A stretch of DNA of 63,645 nucleotides, filler included, from Dicyema japonicum (GCA_011109175.1; 7 parts of 7 records of this genome joined end to end with filler, not necessarily neighbours in it), one strand, 5' to 3'; numbered from the whole stretch's first letter, positions 11,282-24,338 are shown. The notes: generated by a model not told the origin, from the sequence alone. Numbers and translations are program-made.

Positions 11282-12680
11282 TTATTCGACATATTTCTTT
11301 TTTAATTCTATGAATTAAAAAATGAATTTATTACTGCTCATTAAATCTCCAAGTGACTCATCGTTGACATTCTCAGAAAATTGAACTTTATTTGTTTTGA
11401 AACTCTTTAACTAAAATTTGAAGTGCGGCTTAACATTTTTTACCTTGGATAAATTAACTTTTGAATTTTTGTTCATTCTATCACGATAAAACTTTGAAAT
11501 TTAAAGTATATTGAGATACCACAAATTTTTGGACAAAATTTTTCAGATCAATTAGAAAATCATTAATTGAGATTTTCTTGGGGTTTTCTCCAAAATATTT
11601 CATTAAATTTTCAATAAGTGACTGAAATATTAATAATAGATACCTTTGATAGAATGAATGACTTTTCTAGCATTTCAAATCGAGGCTTTTGTTGAGTCAA
11701 AAAATCTTCAACATTTTTTTTCGCTTCCATAAATTTTTCCGTTTTGAGTTTTATGAATTCCGTTGTTACCATGTCATACCCAGACTTGAGTGAAGCAAAG
11801 TTGGCGTCGATTGTTTCAGTCAGATCTTGTCTAATAATCAAATATTTATACTCTCAGATGAAACAACATCCAAAAATACAAAATCTTCATCAAAATTTTC
11901 CAAGTGATCAAATTTCTCTTTGATAAGGCGAACTAAATATTCAAGCAAATTTTCTTTTCCGTCGTTTGTTTTGATTGTTGCCAACTAGAGATTTAAATAT
12001 GAAAGTAAATATACTTTATTCAAAGATTTGAAATCAAAGCCATAAGAGCTGGATTTTTTTGAATTAAAAAAATTCCCCAAAGCTAAGACAAGCTTGAATT
12101 GGTGAATCATAATTGATATACTTTAATGATTTCCTTGAATTTTTTGGAATCTTGAATGCTTTTAATTGATTTTAACAGTTTTTCGAGTGGCTAAAATGTG
12201 TTTTGTAAAAATACTTCTGCAGTCGTTCTATAATTTTGTTGGAAGCTGTTCATAAATAAAACCATTTTTACACGAATTTCAAAATTTTCAATTTCAATAA
12301 GCTGAACATTAAAATTGGAATCTTGAATGCTTTTAATTGATTTTAACAGTTTTTCGAGTGGCTAAAATGTGTTTTGTAAAAATACTTCTGCAGTTGTTCT
12401 ATAATTTTGTTGGAAGCTGTTCATAAATAAAACCATTTTTACACGAATTTCAAAATTTTCAATTTCAATAAGCTGAACATTAAAATTAAGTTTTTTTACA
12501 TTCATAAAAAATTGGTCTTCGATTGTAAGTTTATTAATCATTCCCGGTTTTCCGACGTATTTCGAATACAGAGCTCTCTATTTTTAATATTCAAAATACA
12601 GAAATCAAACCTCTTCGTTTTTCGGAGAAATTGGCAATAGCAATTCCAGTTCATTGATATAATTGACGTGCCATTCAAGT
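11282..12680 (-). CDS. Formin, FMNL/FRL-type (FH2 domain + DAD-like tail), 5'-truncated by scaffold end
   Basis: Spliced EDQFFM..LVLALGNFFNSKKSSSYGFDFKSLNK-LATIKTNDGKENLLEYLV..MKYFGENPK..DESLGDLMSKLKKKYVE*. GT-AG introns of 22-34 nt. A ~170-nt direct duplication lies at ~12145-12487. Confidence 0.85.
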
Positions 12681-12708
12681 CTAAAGTGTTTTAAAATTAT
12701 GATTTTTA

Positions 12709-12808
12709 NNNNNNNNNNNNNNNNNNNNNNNNNNNNNNNNNNNNNNNNNNNNTTAATTAATTAANNNNNNNNNNNNNNNNNNNNNNNNNNNNNNNNNNNN
12801 NNNNNNNN
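12709..12808. other. Artificial scaffold linker N44-TTAATTAATTAA-N44 (also 27713-27812, 39645-39744, 52603-52702, 60213-60312, 61988-62087)
   Basis: The identical 100-nt construct occurs six times; the 12-mer supplies stops in all six frames. Confidence 0.97.
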
Positions 12809-13519
12809 TAAATCAATTTAATAAAGATCGATTGATAACCTAGTAGAACTTTTTAATGAACAATTTGACCAAAGATTATGGTTTAGAGCAATACGGATTT
12901 GCCATAGGATGATTAAAGAATCACGTAATATTTTTTAATGATATAGCAAACAAATTTGTGCCAATGATGATGTCTAAAAAAGTCCGTAATAAAATCGTAA
13001 AGGTATGCTTACTTTCAAATATGAAGCGTTTACATAAACATGCTCAGGAAGTTATAGAATTATATGATGTAAAATAAGTATTATTTTAGAAGTATACTTC
13101 AGATAATTATATAGCTCGTTATAATTAATTAATACTATTTTATCAGATTTTATTAACATTTTGTAATTAATAAGTTAAATAGAATTTAAAAAATATCTTC
13201 TCAATTTATGATCCAATTTTCATTTTCTGAAAAAGAGAATTACTGATATTTCTGCCCAATCAATTTTGACAAAGTCATGGGATTTATAGGCTATTTGCTG
13301 ATATTTCTGCTCTTAAAACAAATCCACTTAACCTGAATTGATAATTTTAGAATATGTACCCCGCCGTTCTGCTTATGGAGACGATTTGCTAGTATTAAGT
13401 TGTCTGAATTTTGTTGGAAGACTCTTAAATCAATTAGCCTTTTTAAAAGATAATCTGCCATTTTTGTAAATACAGAGAATTATTCAAGTTTTATAATTTT
13501 CTATATTGATGGCTTTTTA

Positions 13520-13830
13520 AAGTAATTTGAAGAAATTTCAGAGTTACTCGTCTGAAAATATTTATAATTTGGATGAGACAGGAATTTTTTATAAATTGAT
13601 TTCTTCTCGGAGTATTTTCAAATCACCTTTCGACGAATATAAAAATTTCATGGATGACGCTTCAGTGATGCTTTGCTCGAATATGTAAGGGCACATAAGT
13701 TAAAGTTACTATTGATTGGAAAACCAAAAATGCCCTAATGTTTTAAGAAATATGATTATAATTCCTTAGTTTCTTATTACAATTTTAAAAGAACATGGAT
13801 GACTTCATCAATTTTTTACGAAATGGACTC
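13520..13830 (+). mobile_element. pogo/Tigger DDE transposase remnant
   Basis: ENIYNLDETGIFYKL..VMLCSNM..LLLIGKPK..WMTSSIF, with stops and frameshifts. Confidence 0.7.
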
Positions 13831-13879
13831 GGACCCCCACGAAAAAAAATATTCATAGAATCCTTATTAGAAACCTAGA

Positions 13880-13952
13880 CGCCTCCGCCTGGACTCTAAC
13901 CAGCAATCTTGAGGTTAACAGCCGCACGCGCTAACCATTGCGTCACGGCGGC
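13880..13952 (-). tRNA. tRNA-Asn(GTT), probably pseudogenised
   Basis: GCCGCCGTGACGCAATGGTTAGCGCGTGCGGCTGTTAACCTCAAGATTGCTGGTTAGAGTCCAGGCGGAGGCG. GTT anticodon. Mismatches in acceptor, D and anticodon stems; T-loop reads TTAGA instead of TTCGA. Confidence 0.75.
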
Positions 13953-15476
13953 TTTAATGGTCCTGAAGTTCTTAATACAGAAAATGTTATGCTTGAGTAT
14001 ATAGAATTTGAAATTGTAACAGTTAAGCTTTATAATCTTCTTAGATTAATAGATTGGAAATTTAGAAAAACGTTAATAAAATCGGTTTTCAATTTGTTAT
14101 TATTTATGGAAAAAGAATTTGAAAATTACAAGTATTTGTCCAATAAAACTATCAGTCAAAAAACGAGGAATTTAGAAAGATGAATTTAGATTTGATGGTA
14201 AAAATTCAGATAAAAATGATCTGCATCTAAGTTTTCTAGCATACATTATACAATAATTACCTGAACATTTGAAATATATTCCACGTTAAGATCATCTGAT
14301 GATCGTGGAGAAACATCATCCAAACTCTTACTTTCTATAAAATGAAATAATAGCAACTTTTATACTGACGAATAACTGTGTTTATTCCAAAAACTCCTCT
14401 AAATTTTAAAAATAGATATTCACTTATAGCAATGAATCGTAATATACAAACTTTCTTTAATGAATATTTACTGTTTTTAGTTGATTGAAAATTATATTGT
14501 CGAAGTTTGGTAAACCTTTTTATGATCCTATAAAAAATAAACTATTATTTCATTATTTGTCATTAAGGATGATTTGGTATTGCATAAAAGCACATGTTGA
14601 AAATTTAACGCAAATATATTATATATTTAAATGATTAAAGTCACATTGAGTATGGCATCTGACTGCGATTGAAAGGTGTCATGTAACCAGCATAGGACTC
14701 GTAACCACCTTGGGAAAGAATAGCTCTAATAATTTGAAAATATGTACTAAGCTTACTGTAGATATTGATTTTTTGTTTTCCATAACTTTCCATAGCAAGT
14801 GAGATGGATATTCGAACAATTCAGTCTATTTGAGAACCCCCATTAGAATACAAAATGTCCAGGAATGATTATTATAAGCATATTCAATAATATTTCCATC
14901 CAAGAACGACCCAAAAACTAAGGACTAAAAATTCTTTACCAACTGTTACTCTCCTCGTCGTTTAATCTCAAATCCGTAAAGTAAATGCAAGAATAACTTT
15001 CGAGTTTATCTTAGATTGGTCAAATACAGCATACCCTCTGTTTAATTCCCTTCTTCATATTTGGAATCAGAGAATCACAGCCAAATATGGACCATAAATT
15101 TCAAAAATATAGAATTCTCAGATCTAGTAGAATAAATATATATAGTTTCATTCATTAATTCAGGTATTGATCATTTGAGAAATTTTCTTATAAATTAAAG
15201 CAAAAATAATTTGACTATATGATTTAAAATTGAATTAAAGAGTGATATTTATTACTGTAGTGGCTGACGTTTTTAATTTAACAGAATCAGGAAAAGTGGA
15301 TGGAGTTCCAAATTCAAGCAGTATCCAATTCGAATGGCCTACTAGTATTAGATAATATAAGAACCCAATTCGTTGTATATTCTGACTTGATTTATTCATT
15401 ATAGTATAACCAGTACTACAAACAATTCAAGCCATTTCAATATTAATCCATCGAGCATTAAATAATAAAAACACAT

Positions 15477-17011
15477 TGTCGCGAGCCATCCGTGTTACAA
15501 ATTCTATCGTGTTACATTTTGACCTTGAAATTTGACACCAATTAAACTTGATATCAATCCTCTGAAATTAATCCACTTAACACAATTCACAGCTTGAAAA
15601 ATTAAATCACCACTAGGCTAAATAACTGTTGTTTTATTAATATTATTAATGTAATATTTAATTTTATAATTAAGTTATTATTTAATAAAAATAAATCTAT
15701 TCAACCCTTAAAATTACAATAGATACTAGATCCCTATGCGGCCTTCGGCCGCTGTTCTTCTTCTAATAGATACTAGATCCCTATTCGGGCTTCGGCCGCT
15801 GTTCTTCTTCTAAAAGATACTAGATCCCTGGCCTTTGGCCGCTGTTCTTTTGATAGACACTAATATAAATAAACATAAAGAAATTCAATTTTATTACAAA
15901 AGTTTAACGAATTACTCTAATTAGGGATTTTAGCACTTCTTTTTCTTGTTCAGAATTTTTAATTCTAACTTTGTTTTCCGATATTATTTCCTCAACCGTA
16001 AAGGGTCCTATTGTAACCAAATTTAAAAAACCTTCATAAAATGAATTCAATTTCATTTTTTTATATTTTAGATCGTTATTAAAGTCATTCGCTAATAAGA
16101 CCGAATCTCCATTTTCCATTGATTCATTATTTAAATTTCGTTTTCTTTTCATTCTCTGATAATTCTGTTCATTGTTATATTCAACATCTAAGATAAAAAT
16201 GTTTTCTATATACCTTCTGATTTTATTTCACAGTCATCCTCATTATTCAAACTTGATATTTCTTCCTCATTATCCTCATCAATATCTAAACATTATAAAG
16301 TTTAAAGTCACTTTCATTCCGCATAAATGTATTAAAAATGTTTTCTATATACCTTCTGATTTTATTTCACAGTCATCCTCATTATTCAAACTTGATATTT
16401 CTTCCTCATTATCCTTATCAATATCTAAACATTATAAAATTTAAAGTCACTTTCATTCCGCATAAATGTATTATACCTTTAAATACGGTGAAATAGGCGA
16501 AACGGTGACTTTTTTGTTGCTGAATGAACACTTAAATTATAATTATAGACAATTGAATCGAGGCTCGTAGACCATTCGTGATTTCCTTTTACAAATAGTC
16601 TTTTTTGTAACCAACGCGTTTACGTTTGGTTACACCTTTCAACTTGACCCTGTGATTGAGGGTGCCTTGGGCGACTAAACTTCTATAAAACGTTGCATTC
16701 TTGGCATAATGAAGTAACTATTTCATTTTTGAATTAAACATTTTGTCTTATTTAGAAATCGGGACTTCTTCATTCCAGTTTAACTTCCATCAATCTTATT
16801 GTTTTACAAATAAACAACAATATTTTTGTACTCTTCAATAGTTAGTACTAAATTTTTAAGTAGCATTTTTGATAAAAACGACAACATCTGAATATCAAGG
16901 CTGATATAAAAACTGCAACATCTGAATATCAAGGTTGATTCGTATCAAAAAAATAAAATTTCAAGGTCAAAATGTAACACGATAGAATTTGTAACGCGGA
17001 TGCGCTCCACA
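15477..17011 (-). mobile_element. Ginger2/TDD-like integrase DNA transposon, internally deleted
   Basis: ~47-bp inverted repeats at 15487-15533 and ~16956-17002, with TGT...ACA ends. Integrase remnant at 16480-16735: FKNEIV..RPRHPQSQGQVERCNQT..YNLSVHSATKKSPF. Confidence 0.75.
15718..15857. repeat. Three tandem 47-nt units each carrying a GC hairpin
   Basis: ctagatccctatGCGGCCttcGGCCGCtgttcttcttctaatagata, starting at 15726, 15773 and 15820 (third copy shortened). Confidence 0.85.
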
Positions 17012-17399
17012 CATATGAACCCTTTTTTAATAAACATTTTACTCAATTGAAGATAATCATAATTAAATTAATTAAATTTAATAAATAATTCATTGTACTT
17101 CATAATAATTTATGTACTCTCTCCATTCTTATTGCCATATAAAAGTTAATTTTTCCATACCTTAAATTATCTCTTTTACATCCACCTCCTATCTCTGAAA
17201 TCCCGTACAGTATTAATTTAAAAAGGATTCTCTCGTTGACAAACAATTGCCATCTTTTCTATTACGAGTAGAATGTGAATTATGTGATAGGCTTTCCGAC
17301 AGTAATCTAATTTAATTCAAAATAATATTCTTAATGTTTTTTCTTCATCCTTTGGTAGTTGGTGAAATGGAAGTCTTTTCCCATTTTCTGTAAAGATTT

Positions 17400-18990
17400 C
17401 CTCATTTTGCAATTGTTTGTAATAAATTAAAGTTCTCCAGACTTAGAACTACAATTTACATTAATCCTTACTATTCTGTCCTCTCAATTCCAAATCATCT
17501 TACTTTGACGATTTGAACCAGGTTATTTACATGACTTGAGGCACATTTACCATCACTTGGAAAGGCATATGGCTAAAATATATTAGAGTATGACCTGTGG
17601 TCTATTAGTCAACATAATAATTGGACACACATTCCCAACATTCACATGATATATCAATCAAGTACAAATAAATGTGGATGATTTCTATTGTCCAATTCGT
17701 TCAAGAAGTTATCATACACTTAATCAAAATCGATATTATATTTCTCAGAGAATAAGATATGTAGAAGTGAGCAAATATTATTAGTTAACTATTCAATGTT
17801 AGATTCACTCTTTAAATTATTATAATCACTACAATTCTAAATTTATATGGTACATCAGCTCTAAAAGTCCACTTTCTAATACCCCACGGGCATCCAATAT
17901 ATGTCCCTTATTCTATCATTTGTCCATCCTCAGTAAAACAATCTGCTTCCATATGATTGATAATCACGCTTTATTATATGTGTGTCAATAGGGTACCTCA
18001 CAGAGAATGGCTGTCCATTTCCTAGAGCCTTACATATAATGTAATACCAACATCATCAGGCCTGTAGAATAATCAGTAAGAATATTTAAGTTGTAATAAA
18101 ATTAATATAAAGATAGTAAGTAGCTATAGCACCAGAGTAAAATGCAAAGGATTAAGGATCCTCAAAACCCTCAAACGCTTATCTTCAGAGTCAATCTCAA
18201 CCTGTTCATAATTTAATTTAGTTCCGATACTCTTTTAAGTGCCTGAATTGGTAAATGAACATTTATTTTCACTCACCTAGTATAACAATAAAATAAACTT
18301 ATCCATATTATATGCACAGCAACCAATTTAATCTCCATGAGAATCCTTCTTTATTCCAATCTGATCATACATGGTTATATTGTGAAAGGAAGTTCTAGCA
18401 TCTAAAATGTGACAAATACATCTGACTGAAATCGTGTCAAGGTCAAGAAAGGAATCAATGCAGATTTCTGTTATTAAAATAAATATAACTTCGTCTGGAT
18501 GATTTATCATTGTAAACTTTCCACCAACCACAGGAATGGGCATTTACTCACAATCCTGAACATCATGAGGTACCACATAGTTGGAAATCCCTATGATAAC
18601 TTTGATATGATACATTTCCATCAATAAACTACGATTCATATCGAAGAGCCGGAGAATTTTAATTATTCAAAAATATATCCTCACCTGAATGCTTATATAC
18701 AATGAGAACATCACACGTCTCATTAAAATATGGATTATAGGGCATAGTAAGTTTTTATTATAATTCAACATACTTTAAGTTTGTTTCAATCATCATCCGT
18801 AAAGTAAAGGTCAACTTATGGCAGAAGTTAACCATCCTCATCAGTCGCTACGCTATTCTCAATAATGTATGTTATACAGTCCTCAAATTGAATATCAAAC
18901 CTTCCTTCTCTGATTTTTTGTATTTCTTCACAGTCGTATCTCAGTTGTCAAATAAATTCCTTTATTTTGCATTTACCGACTATCAATCTT
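17400..18990 (-). pseudogene. Decayed coding-like region, family unrecognised
   Basis: Long protein-like frames interrupted by scattered stops and frameshifts, e.g. RYDCEEIQKIREGRFDIQFEDCITYIIEN and PYNPYFNETCDVLIVYKHSG. Confidence 0.3.
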
Positions 18991-19319
18991 TGTGTCCCAC
19001 TAATTGATTTATTTAAATTTAATATTTTAAATATTAATTAAATATTAATGATATTTATCTTATCACTACTTTAGAATAAAACTCAAAGATTATAAAAAAT
19101 AGTTATTAATATATGAATGTTGCTAATTTGATGTTTATTCTGCTATTTCCAAAAGACGAAGGACAGGGGAGGATTTGACGAAAGTTCTGGAAATTATAGA
19201 GTAATCCTAAATAAAATTCTATAGACAGGTTTTCGCTGTGCATAAGTATTTACTTAAAGGATTAATTCGATTTTGGACGATAATGATCTGATTAGCGTCA
19301 TTTAATTACTTTTTGGAGG

Positions 19320-21520
19320 CAGAGTGAAATCTAGACAACTAATCACTTTTGTGAATGTGTTCGCATACATAGTGGCAGTGTTTCTAAGGAATTGGACGCT
19401 TTCTAAGATGAACTTGCCAAAATTGTATCTCACCTGAAGTCTTCCTTATTCCTCTTTATTGCGATCGATTGGAATGCTAAAGTTTGGGTACGAAAAAATA
19501 TGAAATACACGGAAGGGTGATTAAGAACTATCCTGGCACTGCTCTAGCATATTATTAGATGCTTTTAACTTGTTCCTGTGCAACACCTAATTTTAACATT
19601 CTGGAGGTCATTAACAATGTGAGAAGGCTCCCGACTTTTGATGGAAATCCGATAAGATTTATAATCAATTATATCGTTTTTTTTGATAAAAGACAAATCT
19701 CTTACGCTACTCGAGGTCTTATGGAGGATTCACTGTTAACAGTGTAGTTAGAAATGTTTCTCCAAAAATCGATATAAAATCGGGTCTACCTGTGGAAGAG
19801 TGCTATGACATTATCCACGCGGAATCTAAGGAGATGTTACATCCAAACACATTGTAGTTGACATTTCAAAAGATCACGAAGAATGTAAATGAACTCTTGG
19901 GTTTGCCAGCAAGAATGAAAACAGAATATCAAGAGTATGTATCAAAGTCAATCAGAAGTATAGGAACGGATCTTTTACCGGGAAAGGAATGATTCGAAAC
20001 TGTGATGGGTATCCATTCAGTAATTGACAAACACTTTAGGAAACCTCAACTTTACAGCGGTCAACGTCACCCTCACGAGTCAACCTTATTGAATCTATAG
20101 AGAGAAATAATGATCAGGTCCGAAAATTTAGTGGATCCGCAAACTGTTTCAAACTGACACAAAAAAAAACGCGAATCGATAGAAAATCAAACTCTTAAAC
20201 AAGCAATATTACCACCAAACATGAAAAACAAGATTACAAAGTCGAACTCTTTAAAAGAGCTGCTGAAATTATGGGTATTCTACTAATAACGAGAAACAAC
20301 CAATCATCAAACCATCTTTTGCAAAACAGAAATAGAAAAACAATAGGAAATACTGTCTAACAGACAAAATTCGTCACATCATACTTTGAACAACTGTTTT
20401 TTGTGAAATGAGAGAAATCTGACTTATACAAAAAGAAACTAAACTCGGACGGATCATCTAACAGGATGAGGTCACTATAGAAGTAAAAAATCTTAAATTT
20501 GGTAGCTCTCCAAGACCAAATAACATATCCTCAGAACTGTTAAGCAGAATTTGCAGAGAAAGTCTCAAGATTGCTGAATAATTTAATAGCTAACAACGAC
20601 TTTTCAGATTAATACCAGTCCAGAAAAAAATTGAATGAACCGGACCCGTTGAAAACTTCGTTCTGTCATCCTTCTAAATACCCTGCATTAGATGCTTGCC
20701 TTGATCGTACTTAATCGGATTCAGAATTAGTGGACGAGTTCTTGACTCAGAGCCAAAGTGGGTTCAAAACAGAGAGCAACAGCTGATGTATTATGGTGCC
20801 ATAAGTGACATTGTGCTATTCAGCAAAAAGAGCTAATTTTTGAATTGATCTCAACACACCTTTAACAATGTACATCTGGAAAAAACCATGCTTGAAATTT
20901 CCCTGGATCTAGATTTGGTCACAATAATACGGATCCTCCTATTAAACACAATCTACCGAAAACTGTTGAAAGATCATTAAACTTATTTGCTTCTTGGAGA
21001 ATCTGAAGAAAATGTCAGATGGAAATTGTTATCATTGGTGACCATGCAATAGCTTTTGAACTAACGGATTTAAAAGCGTTTTGTATGTCCATCAATTCGA
21101 CTCAGATTGTATGATGCAGTCGTAAAACCGATCCTTACGTACAATCTGGAACTTGTTGAATCTTGAAAACTGAAGGATATAAGTTCGACTCCTATCATTT
21201 GAATTACTTTTGTTCTCTCTTGGGATCGAAGTAGCCAAAGCATGTACTTATCGAAATATTGTACGAAAGATGATCCTTAGAATTCTGCGCACTTTATTCA
21301 AAAAATTGCGCTGGAAACTGTTTTGTTATATTCTAAGAACTGAACAAGATATGCCCGCAAACATTATCATAGAAGATTTCTTTGAAACATTTTGGAAAAA
21401 TTCCGAGGTCGTTTACGTATATGCTTCCAGAACTCATTTATGGATATTTGCGATCAGTAAACAAAGCACTAAAGGATGGTAAAGACCTCATCAGTTTGTG
21501 GAGTTTGGCATCGAATTGGA
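19320..21520 (+). mobile_element. Heavily decayed RTE-type LINE (APE + RT)
   Basis: Remnants ITFVNVFA, DWNAKV, NISSELL, LIPVQK..GPVENF, VDEFLTQSQSGFK, YDAVVKPILTYN and RWKLFCYILR. Confidence 0.75.
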
Positions 21521-21982
21521 GAGAGTAAAAGAAACTAATATCGAGGATAATAATATCGAGATAATAGGTATCTTCTGTCCTTTTCAGAATAATCTATTAT
21601 TAATGCAATTAATAAAGGAAATAATCCAAATTAATTTAGAAACTAATATCGAGAATAATAATATCGAGATAATATGTACCTTCTGACCTATTCAGAGTAA
21701 TCTATTATTAATGCAATTAATATAGGAAATAATCCAAATTAATTTATAAAATAAGTCTTAAACCAATCCCTTTTCCCAACATGGCACATTCTCAAACACA
21801 AGTTTCAGAGATTGGAATTGCTCCACATATGGACTGTAGCCTTTCAAATCACAGAATCACATCTTTCAAGTTACCTAAATCTTGTCCAATATAAAATACC
21901 AGAGAATCTCTTTTAAATACTTCATTAATTCGAATAGTGGATTGATTAACAATTTATTTTATGTTTTGTGTAAATTTAATAG

Positions 21983-22497
21983 GATCTATGACTTTAGGGG
22001 ATAATTGTCCACAAATATATATTTTCATCTGCAATGCTTTATCAATCATAATAAGTGACACAACTCAAGATATAAAGATTTTCGATTTTGACGATACTGG
22101 AAGTAAATCCGTGTCTGAAGATATTCTTGATACAATTACTTCATGTTCACATGAACATTTTACACATGAACTGTATGACGGATATTATAGGTAATATATC
22201 ATATAAACAAAAGATCGAATGATTCATTCGTGAACCTCTTAAATGAGGAATTAGACCAAGACTATGGTTTTGGGCCATTTGGGAATTTTCTCAAATGGTT
22301 TACTACATCCGTAATATTTGTTTGATTTAGTAGCACAAATATTCATTCCAATGATAATGTCTACAAATGTTTCCAGAAAAATTGAGACTCTGTCTACTCT
22401 ATCTAATATCAAGGATCTAAAAAAATATGCCATTAGCTTTAAAGAAAAATATAATGTATTTTTCTTATTATTTTAGAATTATCTATCAAATCAATAA
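21983..22497 (+). pseudogene. Putative tiny-intron gene or pseudogene of unknown family
   Basis: Three 21-23-nt GT..AG intron-like segments (e.g. gtaatatatcatataaacaaaag) separate coding-like blocks, but the frames do not join without a stop or frameshift. Confidence 0.25.
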
Positions 22498-22740
22498 TAT
22501 TATTGTTTATTCATATTTTTTGTTCTTATAATTAAAACATATGTTAAACTATTTTTAATATATTATCATCTAATAAAATAATAGAAAAATGTCAAATTAA
22601 ATGTTAATTTCTTTCGAAATCTTATTCGATGTTTAAAATCCACAAAAAAGTGTGGAGAGACTGTCGAGTAAAAGTTTTTTGACAGGCTATACCATTTCGT
22701 ATTAATTCTCTTTATTTTTATTCCAATATTTAATTATCAA

Positions 22741-23810
22741 ATAAACTCTCCCAAATTTGCCTTTTTTGTTCCAGCATTTGTTTCGGCAAATTTGAAAATT
22801 TAATCAATAATTTTAAAATAGTTATTGGGCAACTTCTCATTTATGAAAATAACAAAATTTGATATTATTACGAAAAAAAATTTATTTTAAAAAATGAAGT
22901 ATTAAATTTTATAGAATAAAATTCAATTCCAATTTGCTTCTTTTTTATATTTCTAATATTTGGATTAAATCTTCTAATTAATGTAAAAGGACGACATCTT
23001 CTTCATTTTCAACGTTCTCAAGAAGATCCTTTTCAATTTCGCTTAACTTAAATGCTATTTCATTCTCGATAGGGGTTTTAATTCTGTAGTTTTTTCATGG
23101 ATGATTAACTCATTATCATCAATTAATAATTTTATTTTTTCGTAATCTATTGCATTTTTTTCAAAAGAATTTATAGACATAAATTCTTCGATTTCAATCC
23201 GATCCTAAATATCCGTGTTAGATAATATTGCTTTATTTATGTTCACATTTACTAAATGTGTGCTAGTACCCGATTTTTTTAGAATTTGAAAACAATTTTT
23301 GATTGTTTTAGTGGATACATCTTCCCAGGCCATTTTTATAAATAAAACAGCGTCTTTCAGGTTAAAATTTTTATATGATTCATAAACTAACACGATTTTT
23401 TTTCCAATAATCCATTAAGATACTCCAATTTGTGACTATTAAAGTGGACGTTGAATGATTTAGTTATTCCCAAATCCATTGGCTGAATTATTCCTGTAGC
23501 ATTTTTAGGAAAAAAACATTATTTTTATATTTTCCAAATTCGATGGCAACCAATGAGATGGACAATTGTTTATAAGGACCAAAATTAAATTTTCTCTGGC
23601 CTTAAAAGGTAATCAAAATTTATCATCCAGTTACTAAAAATAAATCCGGTCATCCACGCTATTTTAAAACAGTAATATAAAACCGATCACTGATTATCAT
23701 ATTTTTTGATACATCTTGACATTTTTAATTTTCAAATCAATAAAGGCTTTAATTTATGATTTCCAGTCATATTTGTGCAAAACATCACAGATAAAAAACT
23801 GACGTTAATA
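22741..23810 (-). mobile_element. pogo/Tigger transposase 3' remnant with terminal region
   Basis: VMFCTNMTG..KPLLI, AWMTGFIF, NCPSH, PKNATGIIQPMDLG, IKMAWEDVSTKTIKNCF. A near copy lies at 44245-44915. Confidence 0.8.
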
Positions 23811-24228
23811 TTGAAGAGAAAAATATTAATTATAATAATATATAAGGGCAATGATGGCCTACTAGCATGAGCATGCAATGAGATTACCCTTAAGCGATCA
23901 TAATGTGCTGGAAGAGCCAACGTATGAGAGCCAACTAGGATCTTTTTTTAGTCCTGCAAATCGGCAGATCAGCCGATAAACCTTGTCGTTATGGAGCAAG
24001 CACATTGAAGAATACACTTGTTTATATTATAATTAATAACTGACCCCGTTGAACCGATTAGATCGCCTATCGCAAGAAAGAATGATATTAAATAGAAAAT
24101 TTTGGCTTTTTGATCGCATTCCTTACAAATCGTCATAAGAAATGAGCTTTCAATTCTAAGAGCGGACTGTCTTAACTAAAAAGAACTTCCAGTAATTGTT
24201 ATTATTTTTATTAGTAATTGTTATTTAT

Positions 24229-24338
24229 TTATTAACCCCGGATACACCAAGAAAGAAGTTAAAGTAAACAACTAATTAAGTGTATCCAGTGTCCACTTCT
24301 ACAGAAACGAAGTCCATCCGGAATCAGCATAAAGGGTA
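24229..24338 (-). repeat. Short interspersed repeat 3' part (copies at 26165-26276, 36678-36960 and 50960-51275)
   Basis: TTATTAACCCCGGATACACC(A/G)AGAAAGAAGTTAAAGTAA.CAACTAATTAAGTGTATCCAG occurs on three scaffolds and ends in a TAA-rich tail. Confidence 0.8.

Noticed and set aside
12145-12487. 85-170-nt almost exact tandem duplications without n (also ~25382-25640, 28700-28957, 33790-34080, 39253-39480, 47140-47337, 59955-60124, 62665-62918)
   Set aside because: They are read-length sized and near exact, and one disrupts an otherwise intact formin. Most likely gap-filling artefacts, though raw reads are needed to exclude real duplications.
12753-12764. Palindromic TTAATTAATTAA recurring six times
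   Set aside because: Always centred in N44..N44, so it is an artificial concatenation linker. No synteny should be inferred across it.
17400-18990. Stop-codon reassignment suggested by in-frame TAA/TAG/TGA
   Set aside because: Intact genes end in TAA, TAG or TGA and have no internal stops after splicing. The stops here co-occur with frameshifts.
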